The notes below the pieces were generated by a model. That model was not told the DNA's origin. It searched no databases and saw nothing but the letters and a program-made list of their open reading frames with translations. From Octopus sinensis (Eukaryota), in NCBI RefSeq assembly GCF_006345805.1, contig NC_043007.1:69564001-69628000 (forward strand): 64,000 bases of DNA, read 5' to 3'. Numbering within the stretch: position 1 is the stretch's first letter; each line of letters starts with the position of its first letter. Made by a program: the position numbers and the translations under genes. Of this stretch, positions 1-12,260 are shown in pieces.

Positions 1-2475
1 GTCTTTCACTCCTCTATCCTTCCATGAATTTAGCCATCCATCCGTCTATCCAACCATATATCCAGTCCATCCATCCGTCTTTCCATCTATTTGATTTATC
101 CATCCATCAGTCTACTCATCCATCCTGTCCATCCATCCATCCATCCGGTTCATCCACCCATGCATTCATCCACCCATGCATTCATCCATCCAGTTCATCC
201 ATCCCACCATTGAGCCATGTATCGGTGCATCCACCAACTAATATATTCGTGCAGCCATACCATCGATCGATACATCCATTACGCCGTCTATCTTTTCATT
301 TAACCATTCATATATACATGCATCTTGAATCCATCTGTCTAACTATCCAACCATTCCATCCGTCCACCCATTGACACGTCCATGCATCCATCCAGCCATC
401 CATACCACCATTATTCTCTGTGTTCAAGAAGGCAAGCATAAAATACATGCATCAAAAGGTGCATCCAAACAATGCATCCACACATCCATCCATGTATTCA
501 AGCATCCTTGCTTCTGTGTACGCACCCCAGCATCAATACGGCGAACCATGCATTCATCCAGCCCGCCAGCCATTTATCCATACAGCCATCCCTGTGTGCA
601 TCCATCCATGTGTCTAACCATCGATCTATGCTTGCTCATCAAACCATACATCAGACCATTCATACATCTCTATCAAACCATATATCAGACCAGTCATACA
701 TCAATCCAATGACCGATCACTCCTTACATGCATTCATTAATCCATGCATCTATTCATCTATCCATCCCTCCAAGCAGTTATCCGTTATGCATGCACTCAC
801 TCACCCATTCACCTATCTATTAATCCCTTGACACATCCATGCATCCCTCTATCTATCTTTGCATCCTTCCGAGCATCTATCTATCTTTGCATCCAATCAT
901 CCCACCAACCACTTATGCATCCAAACTTCAGTTCTTGCATCCATGCAGCTATCCATCAACCAATCCATCCATGTCTCCATTCATGCAACCATGCATTTAT
1001 CAATAAAAACATGCATGCACCTTTCCATACGTCCATCCATGCACGCATCCATCTGTGCATTCAAGTATGTTTTCACCCCAGCATCCAAACAGCAAACCAT
1101 GCGTTCATCCATCCACCCAACCATTGAACTAAACATCAATCTATCCATTCCTTAATACCTTCATCTATCCATATGCCCATCCTACCATTGAACCATCCAT
1201 GAATCCATCCATTTATGAATTCATTCATACAACCATGCTTTTTATCCCTCCAACCATGCTTTCATCAATACATACTAACTGCTATCCATCAAACGAAGGA
1301 TATATCCACCCATGCATTCATACATCCCTCAGTCCAAAAATACATCTACCCTTCCATCCATGTATCCTTATAGTCATCTGTGCATCCATCCATCTCTGAA
1401 ATCATCCATGCATTCAGCAATTCATCCTCCCTTCTATTCATGCATACAAGAAAATACCCATCAATTCATCCGTCCACGCTTCCACAAATTTATGAATGCA
1501 TCCATCAATCAATCCCAATCATCTAACCATGCATCTATCTATATGTCGATCCCTCCAACCATTCATTTGACCATCTGTGTAAGCCTGGATCCATCCATTC
1601 AAACATTTAATTGGCCATCAATTCACCCACCAAACAATATATCTATGCAATCAATTCCGCCAAGGTCGACTTTGCCTTTCATCCTTTCGGGGTTGATAAA
1701 TTAAGTACTAGTTGCATACTGGGGTCGATCTAATCGACTGGCCCCCTCCCCCAAAATTTCAGAGTAGAAAAGAATACATCTATGCAACCATCTAACAATC
1801 CACACATCCATGTATCCATTCAACCATGCATCCATCTTACCATCCATTCCTCCATCTAACTATGCGTACATTCGTTCGTACGCCCTTCTATCCATCCATC
1901 AATCCGTTCATCCATAAATCTATCCGTGCACTCATCCATGCAACCATCTATCCATGAATGCATCCAGACTCATCCTTTCGTTCATACATACATCTAAATC
2001 ATACCTGCAACAACCATCATTCCTATTGATTATATCAGTCGATCCACATATGCATCAATTCATCCAATCGTTCATTCATCCATCCATCCATCTATCCATG
2101 CAGCCATTTAATTAAGAAACACTTCAACCATGTAGCCAGCCACTCATCCAAACAAACATCCATTCAAACCAGCATCCATCCAATAGCACATCAATTCTTC
2201 CATGTTTCCATTCATCCACCCAGCTATGCATCCATCAATTTATCCATGCATCTATCCATCCACACATCCATCCATCCATCCATCAATCCATCAATTCATC
2301 TATCCATGCAACCATCCAGGCATGCATCCATACATCTTTCAACCTCACCTTGAAGGATGCAGAGGGGCTGGCACGGGACCGCCAGTGATGCAGTTCTTCC
2401 ATCCATCCAACCTTCCATACGTCCATTCTTTTGTGCATCCATCCATCCATCTCTCTATCCGACCGTCCATCCATC
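1..2475. repeat. Degenerate (CATC/TCCA)n satellite, about 2.5 kb
   Basis: Continuous catccatc-type units; the source of the His/Pro/Ser-rich spurious ORFs; interrupted by a SINE fragment at about 1650-1770. Confidence 0.95.
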
Positions 2476-3291
2476 TAGACAATATGAATATAAGTACTTT
2501 TTATATATCATGCATCCATATGAGAGGTCACCTCAAGGCGAAAACCGCAATACTGGTGTTCTAACAAAACACCCACGTTAAATTAGATATAAAGATTACC
2601 ATTAGTTATTAATACTGCTTCCATCAATGACAATTATGTTTTTAATAAGCCTGCAAGCTATTTGCGACATTAGTTCATGAAAAGTCACTCGAATTCTATG
2701 TCATCAGCAGTGAGATTTTTGTTTATTTGCAGTGAATGGACAGCTGTCTCTGAAAAGTTGCAGTACATCGAAATCACGCAATCTGACAGTGTTGGCACCA
2801 ATAGAAGACTATTCTCATTTGTCAACAATATAAATATGAGTTTTTTTTTTATGTACCATGCATCCATATGAGAAGACCTCTCATGGACAATACTACAGTA
2901 ACAAAACATCCACGTTAAGTTGCATATAAAGATTGCACTTTCATATTAATACTGCTTCGGTCACTAATAATTGTTATATATCATTATCATCATCATTTCA
3001 CATCCACTTTTCCATGCTTGCATGGATTGGACAGAATTTGTTGAGGGAGATTTTTCTACAGCCAGATGCTTTTCCTGTTATCAACCTTTAGCTACTTCCA
3101 AGTAACATAATATTTCCCCATAATAAACAGACATACTTTAGAAGGCTGGAACGAAGGGAAACGTTTACATAACGGTGACATCTGCTTGCAACAATCCTGC
3201 AATGTCAAGGCAAGGAAACAGTAAAACAAAGACACACACACACACACAAAATACATATACATGTGTGTGTGTATGTATATATATGTGTGTA

Positions 3292-3322
<31 letters not shown>

Positions 3323-3684
3323 ATTTATACTCACATGATAGGCTTATTTCAGATTCTGTCTACCAAATCCACTCACAAGACTTTGGTTGGCCCAGGGCTA
3401 TAGCAGCAGTCACTTGTTTAAGGTATCACACAGTGGGACAAACCCCAAAACCATGTGGTTGGGAAGCAAACTTCTAACCACACAACCATATCTATACCTA
3501 CATGTGAAACCGTTAATCCAGACATGTATTTTTTTTTCTTCTCTCCATTTTCTTTCCTCATTCCTTCCTATCGAAGAAGGTAGACTGGAAACATCAAAGA
3601 TTTGTCCATTTTTCCTGAGTGTCAAACTAGTACACTTTGTTGTTCTCTCACCTATCTCTGTCTCACTTTTGGTACATTTGAACC

Positions 3685-3724
<40 letters not shown>

Positions 3725-3729
<5 letters not shown>

Positions 3730-3962
3730 GTAAATGTAATATGTGACAATTATTCGGTAGCCATGATAAAACTCCGAGTTTCGGATGTCAGGGTGGAGAC
3801 CCATGCCACCATCACTTCAGTTATCTAGCCTTTGAAAAAATGCTATCACTTTTTCGATGGCCGGATAACTGAAGAGATGTCAGCATGGGTTTCCACCCCA
3901 ACATCCGGAACTCGGAGTTTTATCATGGCTACCGAATAATTGTCACATTATATTTACAGATA
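3725..3962. mobile_element. Fold-back MITE-like element, about 100-bp arms
   Basis: Left arm TATCTGTAAATGTAATATGTGACAATTATTCGGTAGCCATGATAAAACTCCGAG recurs inverted ending at 3962; sits next to a (TA)n tract. Confidence 0.85.
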
Positions 3963-4201
3963 AATTTCTCTATTTACATAATATCGAGGTCTCTTTCATT
4001 CTTTTGTTGTCTTACCATTTCTATCAATATATATATATATATATATATCCTCTCACACCATCTCCAATGAAGGGATATAATAAATATCCTGGATACAGCT
4101 GTAAGACCTTCTATCATTAAATGTTCTAAAATCTGCACAGCCTTGGTTTTTATCTCATTATGTAAAAAAATTTATATATATATGTGAGGGTGTGTATGTG
4201 T

Positions 4202-4460
4202 GTGGAGGCACAGGGCTTAGTGGTTAGGGTGTCAGCACCATGATCGTAAGATTGAGGTTTCAATCTCTGGACCGGGCGACGCATTGTGTTCTTGAGCAAA
4301 GCACTTCATTTCACATTGCTCCAGTCCACTCAGCTGGCAAAAATGAGTAATGCTGCAATGGACTGGCAACCCATCCAGCTGGGGAACACATAAGCCATGG
4401 AAACTGGGAAACCAGGCCCATGAGCCTGGCTAGGCTTTAAAAGTGCACATTTATTTATTA
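4202..4460 (+). mobile_element. tRNA-derived SINE, family E (second copy about 56160-56415, minus strand)
   Basis: A-box-like GGGCTTAGTGG, B-box-like GGTTTCAATC, then TGTGTTCTTGAGCAAAGCACTT and an AT-rich tail; an inverted copy exists at 56.2-56.4 kb. Confidence 0.8.
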
Positions 4461-4474
4461 TTATTTATTTATTT

Positions 4475-4512
<38 letters not shown>

Positions 4513-5767
4513 AAGAGAAAGTAAAGCTAGTTGCCACATCAAAGTGGCTGTTGCTTGTTACTACTAGTTTAACCCCAGGTAAATTCTCTGCCACCTGGTT
4601 ATCAGTGCAACATTCTGCACCCTTTTTATATGATATATTGTTAGCAGGGGAAGTGAATCCCTACTACCCCTTAGCAGTTAACAGAATCGCAAGAGTGTCT
4701 TAGTTTCGAGCTATTTGGCTCATCTTCATTCGTGAACACCTGTGCCCCAGGGTGATAGCCAGAATCTGCTACTGCTAGCAATATATTGTAAGCAAAGTGA
4801 CCATCGGTCACTGATTTGCAACAAGCCAAGTAGCTACTTATAAAATCTCAAGAAGAGATAGAGTAGTAACATATACTAAACAGTAAAGCCAGTCGCTACA
4901 TCAAAGTGACTGTTGAATGTTACTTCTAGTTTAACCCTTGGTGGATTCTCCACCAGCTGGTTTTTGGTACAACACTTTGCATCCTTCATATGCAATATAT
5001 TGTTAGCTGGGAGAGCGAACCCCTACTTCCCTCTAGCAGCTAACATGATCGTGAGTGTGGCTCAGTTTCAAGTAATTTGGCTCATCTTCGGTCGTGAGCA
5101 CCTGTGCACCAGAGCAATAACTAGAATCCGCTACTGCTAACAATAAATTGTAAAATAATATATGCATTAGTATATATAAATACACACATACACATACATA
5201 CATGTGCATATACATATATATATATATATTTATATGTACACACATCCATTCATATACATAAAACACACACACATACACATGCATGCACACATACATGTAC
5301 ACACACATGCATACATATGCACACACATGTCTGTACAGTCATGTACACACATGTATGCACAGATATACTTGGATATACCCATGTACATACAAATATACGC
5401 ATGTAAGGACTGTGCAATGTGAGGTGTAAGAATGGCTCTTTAGTACCCGATCTCGCGGCCATTACAATAAAGAGGAATTGAATGGTTCAGATCAGTGCCA
5501 GAGGGAAAAAGAGACATAACCATGCTAGCATGGGTTCGACGGTTCGACCGGGGTCTGGGAAGCCAGGTGGCTGCACCAGGCTCCAGTCTGATCTGGCAGT
5601 GTTTCTACAGATGGATGCCCTTCCTAACGCCAACCACTCCATGAATGTAGTGGGTGCTTTTTTATGCCACTGGCACAGGTGCCAGGGGAGGCTGGCAATG
5701 GCCACAATCGGTTGGTGCTTTTTACGTGCCACTGGCACAGGTATCACAATGACAATTTCCATTTGAT

Positions 5768-6040
5768 TTTTTGATGGTGATGTACTTCACTCAATAGGTC
5801 TCCTCAAGCACAGAAGTTTCACTTTTTAATGTTGATGTACTTGACTCAGTAAGTCTCCTCAAGCACAGCAGTTTCACATTTTGATGTTGATGTACTTCAC
5901 TCAATAGGTCTCCTCAAGCACAGAAGTTTCACTTTTTAATGTTGATGTACTTGACTCAGTAAGTCTCCTCAAGCACAGCAGTTTCACTTTTTGATGTTGA
6001 TGTACTTGATTCAATAGGTTTCCTCAAGCACAGCAGAGGT
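5768..6040. repeat. 55-bp minisatellite, 5 units, alternating A/B variants
   Basis: GATGTACTT anchors at 5779, 5834, 5889, 5944 and 5999. Confidence 0.92.
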
Positions 6041-6577
6041 CTCCTGAGAACAAAATGTGTGTGTGTGTAAGTATGGATGTATGCATGTGTTAAGAACATT
6101 TAAGGATGGCAATAAGGAGACAGTGAAAAAGTCCATAGCCACTGAAGTGAGAAGTTCAAAGACACAAGATAAGTAATACCAGTTCGTAGTCAATAGTACA
6201 TAGTAGTTGAAATACTGTATCAAGAAGTTACAGTCATGATGCTGAGATGGTTACGGGTACATGTCATACGTGGAGCTGTGGCTGTGATGCTGCTGCCAGG
6301 GTCACTTGGTACAGGAGTTCATGCAGGTTGTATATTCACTGTTATTCTGTGGTAAGATAATTCACAAACAGTGAAATGTTGGAACCTGGATGAATTGCTT
6401 GCTGAGTTGTGTACATAGAGAGATGATGTTGATGACATTAAGAAGAACATGATGGTGGAAACAAAGACAGAGGTTGCCGTAATGCTGTTGAATGAAGTTG
6501 GTGAGTCTCAACGTAGTTGCTGTGGTGAGGGTGTTGTCATCTGGCATTGTTGCTGGAACTGGTTGTGTCTTTGTTGT

Positions 6578-6800
6578 CAGTGGCTACTGCATCCTTCAAA
6601 ACTTCCATGCTTCCTGAGATTCACCAACACTACACCTGATTTTCTCCCCTCCATGCACATGCAAGCATGTATCTGACTCCTACACTGTTCACTTTCCAGA
6701 CATTTGTACATTACTGCATATACTTTATATGCACTTTTGACAAGTTGTGGTGCACCTGAGCACTGTATACAATAATTTCATTATTATTATTATTATTATT
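6578..6800 (+). mobile_element. CR1-type LINE 3' end
   Basis: Same sequence as the 3' ends at 47.4 kb and 60.45 kb; (ATT)n tail. Confidence 0.8.
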
Positions 6801-7261
6801 AAAGGTCTAGAACCAAAGACTTCAAAACTAGGAAAAGTGAAGTTTTTTTATAAGGAACTGTAGGCTCAAGCAGGGTAATAAGCAGACTGTCCCACGTGAT
6901 CATATTAGGGCCTCCGACTGGTTATACATGGCAGTTGGCACAATCGAGTAAGAGAGAAATTGAGCCAATACCAACCAATCAGAGTTGTGGACACAACGGG
7001 ATCCAAATAGCAGCCAAAAGTTAGCTGTTCCTTGCTACATTCGAATGCACATATATATGATAAAGGGAGAGGAATTACAACTGAGTCTTCGCTACACACA
7101 CATATATAAAAATGTGTGTGTGCATACTTGTGCATGTGTAGATGCATTTATTATGTTTATTTGCATGTGTGTGTGTGTGTGTGCGTGTGTGTGTAATAAA
7201 ACAAACAAAGGAAAAAGCAAATCCTTCAAAGGGATGTTTGTTCTTTCTCAAGCCATGCCTG

Positions 7262-7537
7262 GCTCATAAGTGCCAGTTTTCCAGTTGCCTTGGTGTATTA
7301 GTTCCCCACCTGGATGGGACGCTGGTCCATCGCAGGTGAGCTGCAAGATGCAGGAAGAAAGAGTGAGAGAAAGTTGTGGCAAAAGAGTCAGCAGATATTC
7401 GCCATTACCTTCTGCCAGAAAAGCATGGAGCTTAGGTGTTTCACTCATAAACACACACATCGCCCGGTCTGAGATTCGAACCCGTTATCCCTTGACAGCG
7501 AGTCCGCTGCTCTAACCACTAGGCCATGTGCTTCCAC
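7262..7537 (-). mobile_element. tRNA-derived SINE, family D, partial
   Basis: Reverse complement TGGCCTAGTGGTTAGAGCAGCGGACTCG...GGGTTCGAATC, homologous to 31827-32211. Confidence 0.8.
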
Positions 7538-8519
7538 TCAAAGGGATGTAAAACATCCAATTCACTGGTGCAGCAATTGAATACCACAGAAAAAAGGGGT
7601 ATAAATACAAAATACAAATATCAAATGAAACAGAGTAATACAATTGACAAACTAACAATTTATTTACATTATAACATATAAGATATACTATAAAAAATAT
7701 AATATAATATAATTTAACCTAACAATTTTTTTTAAAAACTATATAAAGCCAACAATTTATTCGACTTATATACATTATATATATTGACATATTTGTTTAT
7801 GTGTGTCTGTGCATTTAGATCCTTTTTTTCCACTTTATTCATTATTCAACTGCTAAACAGGAAAACTATTGCAAAAATATGAATTATTCACATGATCTTG
7901 TAGTTGTTTTTATAGATTATTCAAGAACAATCTTGAGACTTATATTTATATAAATGTAATCCTCATAATTTGAGACCAGTTTGATGAATACAAATACACA
8001 AAACCTTCAGCCCTTGAGTCACTTGGTAATTTTTGTTGATTAATAATTAAAATATGTATTATGTAATCAACCCTTGAATTTTATTTCAGCAGAAGAGAGC
8101 TAAGGCCACTCCCCCTGGAGTGGGCTTAACACTTCTGCAAGTGTCGTGTACCATTTCCACATTAAAAGCACTCATGCGGTGCCACATTAAAAGCACCCAA
8201 CACACTGTAATATGGTTGGCATTAGGAAGGGCATTTAGCCATAGAAACCGAACCAAATCAGACTAGAACTTGGTGCAGCTCTCCAGCTTGCCAGCTCTCG
8301 TAAAACCATCCGACTGCCAGCATGGAAGACGGACGTTGAAGGATGATAATGATGATGATGATATCACCAAACCATATTAAATATAGGAGTAAATTTTAGA
8401 GTAAATTTTGATCAGTTACCTACTTGGCAGCAAGGTTGTGAAGGAAAGCATCTTCTTTCAACCATCATCCTTTAAATCTTATGAAGGTCTTGCAGATTTT
8501 TATAGTCTCAGATATCATG

Positions 8520-8990
8520 ACATTTGTAGCATATGAATCAAGGATTTGCGTTCTCTCCCCAAGATCTCAAGTTCGTCTATACTTTGCTCCAGATGGGTTG
8601 GTATGTATTCTCTTGCTCCAATAATAATATGTATTCTCCATAATCCATAGATATCCACTTTCTGTGTGTGTGTGTGTGTGTATGCATGCTCCATTATAAG
8701 AACACTCAAAGACCTACTTGAAAATCTGCAAGATAAATCTGAAGACATAGGAATTGGTAACACTGAATAGAGCCCTGTGCAAGAAGCTTGTGCTATCAAG
8801 CCATCTCCAACTTTGATGCAGCCAAGATCGACACACTGAGTGAGAAAAGGGTCCAGTGTGCAGTCAGGCTCAATCTACTTCCAGAAGACAGTAACCATGA
8901 CTGTGATGTCTGCTACAGGATCTGCAAATCACAGATAGCTCAGTATTTCTGTACGAGACAGTAAAACAGCAAACTGAGAACTCTGTGTAG
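8520..8990 (+). mobile_element. RTE/BovB-like LINE 3' fragment, decayed
   Basis: Broken frame with TLKDLLENL and a CDVCYRICKSQI Cys motif like the RTE C-terminus. Confidence 0.6.
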
Positions 8991-9067
8991 TTGTGTCCTG
9001 TTGAACCTTTATTCGTTAAAGTGACATGAGACATTGAGAAATCAATCAGTCAATATATAATATATGT

Positions 9068-9300
9068 AAGGCAGCAAGCTGGCAGAAATGTTAGCATGCC
9101 GGGTTAAATGCTTAGCAGTATTTCGTTTGTCTTTACGTTCTGTGTTCGAATTCCACCAAGATCGACTTTGCTTTTAATCTTTTTGAGGTCAATAAATGAA
9201 GTACCAGTTGTGTTCTGGGGTCGATCTAATTGACTGGCCCCCTTCTCAAAAATTTCTGGTCTTGTGCCTAGAATACAAAAGAAAAGAAAAGAAAAGAATA
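9068..9300 (+). mobile_element. SINE family B (other copies about 1650-1770, 11030-11225 minus, 35944-36065 minus, 45430-45650, 54705-54920)
   Basis: GGCAGCAAGCTGGCAGAA head, GTTCGAATTC B-box, and the GTCGACTTTGCCTTTCATCCTTTCGGGGTCGATAAA central block recurring across the window. Confidence 0.85.
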
Positions 9301-10047
9301 TATAATATATGTATAAGCTGTTTGGGGCCAACTTGAGTCAATTGTCATAGATGTATGAGGGAACCTTTTTATATATCCTACTAAATCTTTTCTTTGGGTA
9401 TCAGAGTATTTTGAAAATACCTCACAGGGTGATGACCATACCTGCAAAGTTACTGGTTGCCCTTTGGCAAGGGAAAGCACCCATTCAGTCACCCAGCCAG
9501 GGATGTAGCAAAGTCATGGGACTCCAGCATGGCAGATTATGAAGAGGTTGCAGAAGAGCTCAACAATGCTTCTTACATTGATGCTGAGTGGAGGAATTCT
9601 AGAGGACAACAGTCAGGATTTCCAAGCTTTATCAAAGGAGTAACTGCAACGCATCCATAGTGATGGCATCCATGATTGTGTAATCAGCTAATGAAAGAGT
9701 TACAATGATTCAAGCTCCCAATTCAGATTCATAATAATGGGATTGGATGGTGACAGAGTCGAGGGAATCTGTGAAAGCAGAAAAAAAAAAAAATTCTTTT
9801 TCTCTCTTCTGTTACTTCTAAGTATATAGATTCTACATTAACATGTGTAGACCCATAACCTGTACATAAATCATGTATATTTGTCACTGATTTTTTTTCT
9901 AGGTTTACTGAAACCAAACAGATCAGATTGGAACCTGGTGTAGCCTACTGGCTTACCAGTCCTCAGTCAAACCGTCCAATCCATACCAGCATGGAAAATG
10001 GATTTTAAATGATGATGATGATGATATATATTATATATATGTATGTA

Positions 10048-10425
10048 CACTACCGTCAGAAATTAATTAGCACCCTTGATTTGCTCTTCACTCAAGGTAT
10101 GTGCTGTCACCTAGTGGCCATATCTCGAACTATTGCTTTGTTGCGAGTTCACTGTTGCGCAGAACGATGACGTAACTTTGTTTGCAGAGCAGTTTGAGAG
10201 TCTACAGCCTTATGATGTTGACATAGCAGTGCAACAACTTGGAGTGCGGATGCAGACAAATCTTCCTTTGTTTAATAGATATAGGTAGCGCCTCGCAAGG
10301 ACCGAAATCACACCATACTAAGTTTTCTCATCGCGTAAGACGTTTTGAACAGCTCATAAGGTTAATTGATTTAACCTATTTAATGTAGAAATTTGAGAAG
10401 TGCTAATTAATTTCTGACGCAAGTG
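10048..10425. mobile_element. Tc1/mariner-type MITE, 378 bp
   Basis: TIR CACTACCGTCAGAAATTAATTAGCAC / GTGCTAATTAATTTCTGACGCAAGTG with TA on both sides. Confidence 0.88.
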
Positions 10426-10436
10426 TATGTATGTAT

Positions 10437-10850
10437 ATACGAAGTCTGATTTAAAAGTATTGAGACTGGTGTTATGAAAAGACAACTACCACACATATCA
10501 ATTTGGTATTTTATCTCCTTCTGAAGTCACACACTTTATCCAGCATCGCTTACATTGATGGTAACATTCCTGGAAACTCTTTTGTGGGATAGTGAGCAGT
10601 TTCCTCATTGCAGTCTCTTGGAGTTCGGCAATGTCTTGAAATCTTATTGGGATCTTTCCCTTCAAAGACTGAGCCTCGGTTTTGGGGGTCATAGTCATAA
10701 ACCCACCATTCATCACCTATTATGACACAATCTAGGAGATCCTGTGCAGCTGAAACCTGATCTTTTTTTTGATATGACCACACTCTACACACTTTACTTT
10801 CAAGCACTGCGATAAACAATGGAAGTAAGTGAGAATGCATGTGCAAGAGA
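10437..10850 (-). mobile_element. Internally deleted mariner remnant
   Basis: GDEWWVYDYDP (first catalytic Asp region) joined to a C-terminal FQECYHQCKRCWIKCVTSEGD; TACGAAGTCTG-type end at 10437. Confidence 0.75.
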
Positions 10851-11269
10851 GTTCAAGGTTAATCTGTGCCAAACAACTTCACCCTGAGTACTTTAGTTTT
10901 GTTACCATTGCAACAGTTCTGATACTTTTACATCGGACCTCAAGCACGTGCGCGTGCGCGTGTGTGTATGCATGTGTATATGTGTGTGAACAAACACACA
11001 TACACACACATAATGGTTTCAAATTTTGCCACAAGGGCAGCAATTTTGGAGGAGGGGATAAGTCAATTTCATCGATCCCAGTGTTTCACTGGTACTTATT
11101 TTATCGACGCCGAAAGGATGAATGGTAAAGTCGACCTCAGAGGGATTTGAACTCAAAACGTAGTGACAGATGAAATACCGATAAGCATTTCGTCCAGTGT
11201 GCTAACGATTCTGCCAGCTCGCCACCTTCACACACACACACATAATGCCAAGCTTGCTCTCACTGATGT

Positions 11270-12258
11270 TGATAAGAATGAGGCTTGGACATGCTACTAC
11301 AAGAGGTTACTGAATGTGGAGAATGCTTGGGAGGGAGAAAGCCTATGCCATGTAGATCACCCATCCAAGTTGACAGCAGTATGGTAGATAGTGCAGTAAA
11401 AGATTTGAAAGTAGCAGGGCTCTGAAAGAGGTCTCAAGGAGTAGCATCCCTGCCTTCCCAAGCTAGGGACCTCTCATGTCTAGAAACTGAGGTTGGGGGT
11501 AAGCAGAGGGCATGTTCCCCGTAGAAAATCCAGCTCCGAAAATGCCTCATGACAATAGCAAAGAAGCATAGGCATCAGCCAGTATAAAGGTTAGGGTTGG
11601 CTGCACCTGCCTACCTCAAAAAGGAAGATGCAAACCCTCATCCTGGGTTGCTTAAGCATGACTTGCTTTATGATGGTCGAGGGCCTGAGGAGAAGCTTAG
11701 GGTAAGGTTGGGAAGTTGGAATGTGGGCAGTTTGCATGGAAGGGGAACTGAGGTGTGTGAGGAATTGAGGAAGAAGAAGGTGGATGTGAGCTGTGTGCAG
11801 GAGACTAGGTGGAGGGGTCATGGTGCAAGATTTGTAGGGGTCAAGGGAAGAAAGTACAAGTTGTGGTGGTAGGGAAATGGCAAGGGGACTGGAGATGTGG
11901 GAGTTTTGGTGAAGGAAGAAATCTGTGAGAAGGTAGTGGAGGTCAAGAGAAAGAGTGACAGAGTGATGACAGTAGTAATAACATTTGAGGAAGAAGTGGT
12001 GAGGGTGATTTGTGGGTATGGTCCACAAAGTGGAAGAGGGGTCGCTGAGAAAGAGCAGTTCATTGATGAAATGGTGAGTGGGACTTACATAAGTATAATG
12101 ATAATATGAAGAATCATGCAAAGAGGGTGGTTGGGAGATCTATGAGGAAAGAGGCTGAGGAGAAGTTGAGCGGGCCGGTTGAGAACCCAGATAGAGTGTT
12201 TAGGCTTATGAAATCAAGGGAAAATGATGGAAGAGATGTTGAAGGAGGAAGATGTATG
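11270..12258 (+). mobile_element. RTE-clade LINE 5' fragment with apurinic endonuclease domain
   Basis: LGSWNVGSL...CVQETRWRG...GVLV...SDRVM...GYGPQSG motifs with an in-frame TAG; RTE-like 5' UTR. Confidence 0.88.
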
Positions 12259-12260
12259 AG

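Noticed and set aside
24-2581. Many overlapping His/Pro/Ser/Ile-rich ORFs
   Set aside because: Translations of the CATC satellite; no splice structure or domain
9350-9720. Short ORFs (63-67 aa) in non-simple sequence
   Set aside because: No motif or splice support; probably an old decayed retroelement
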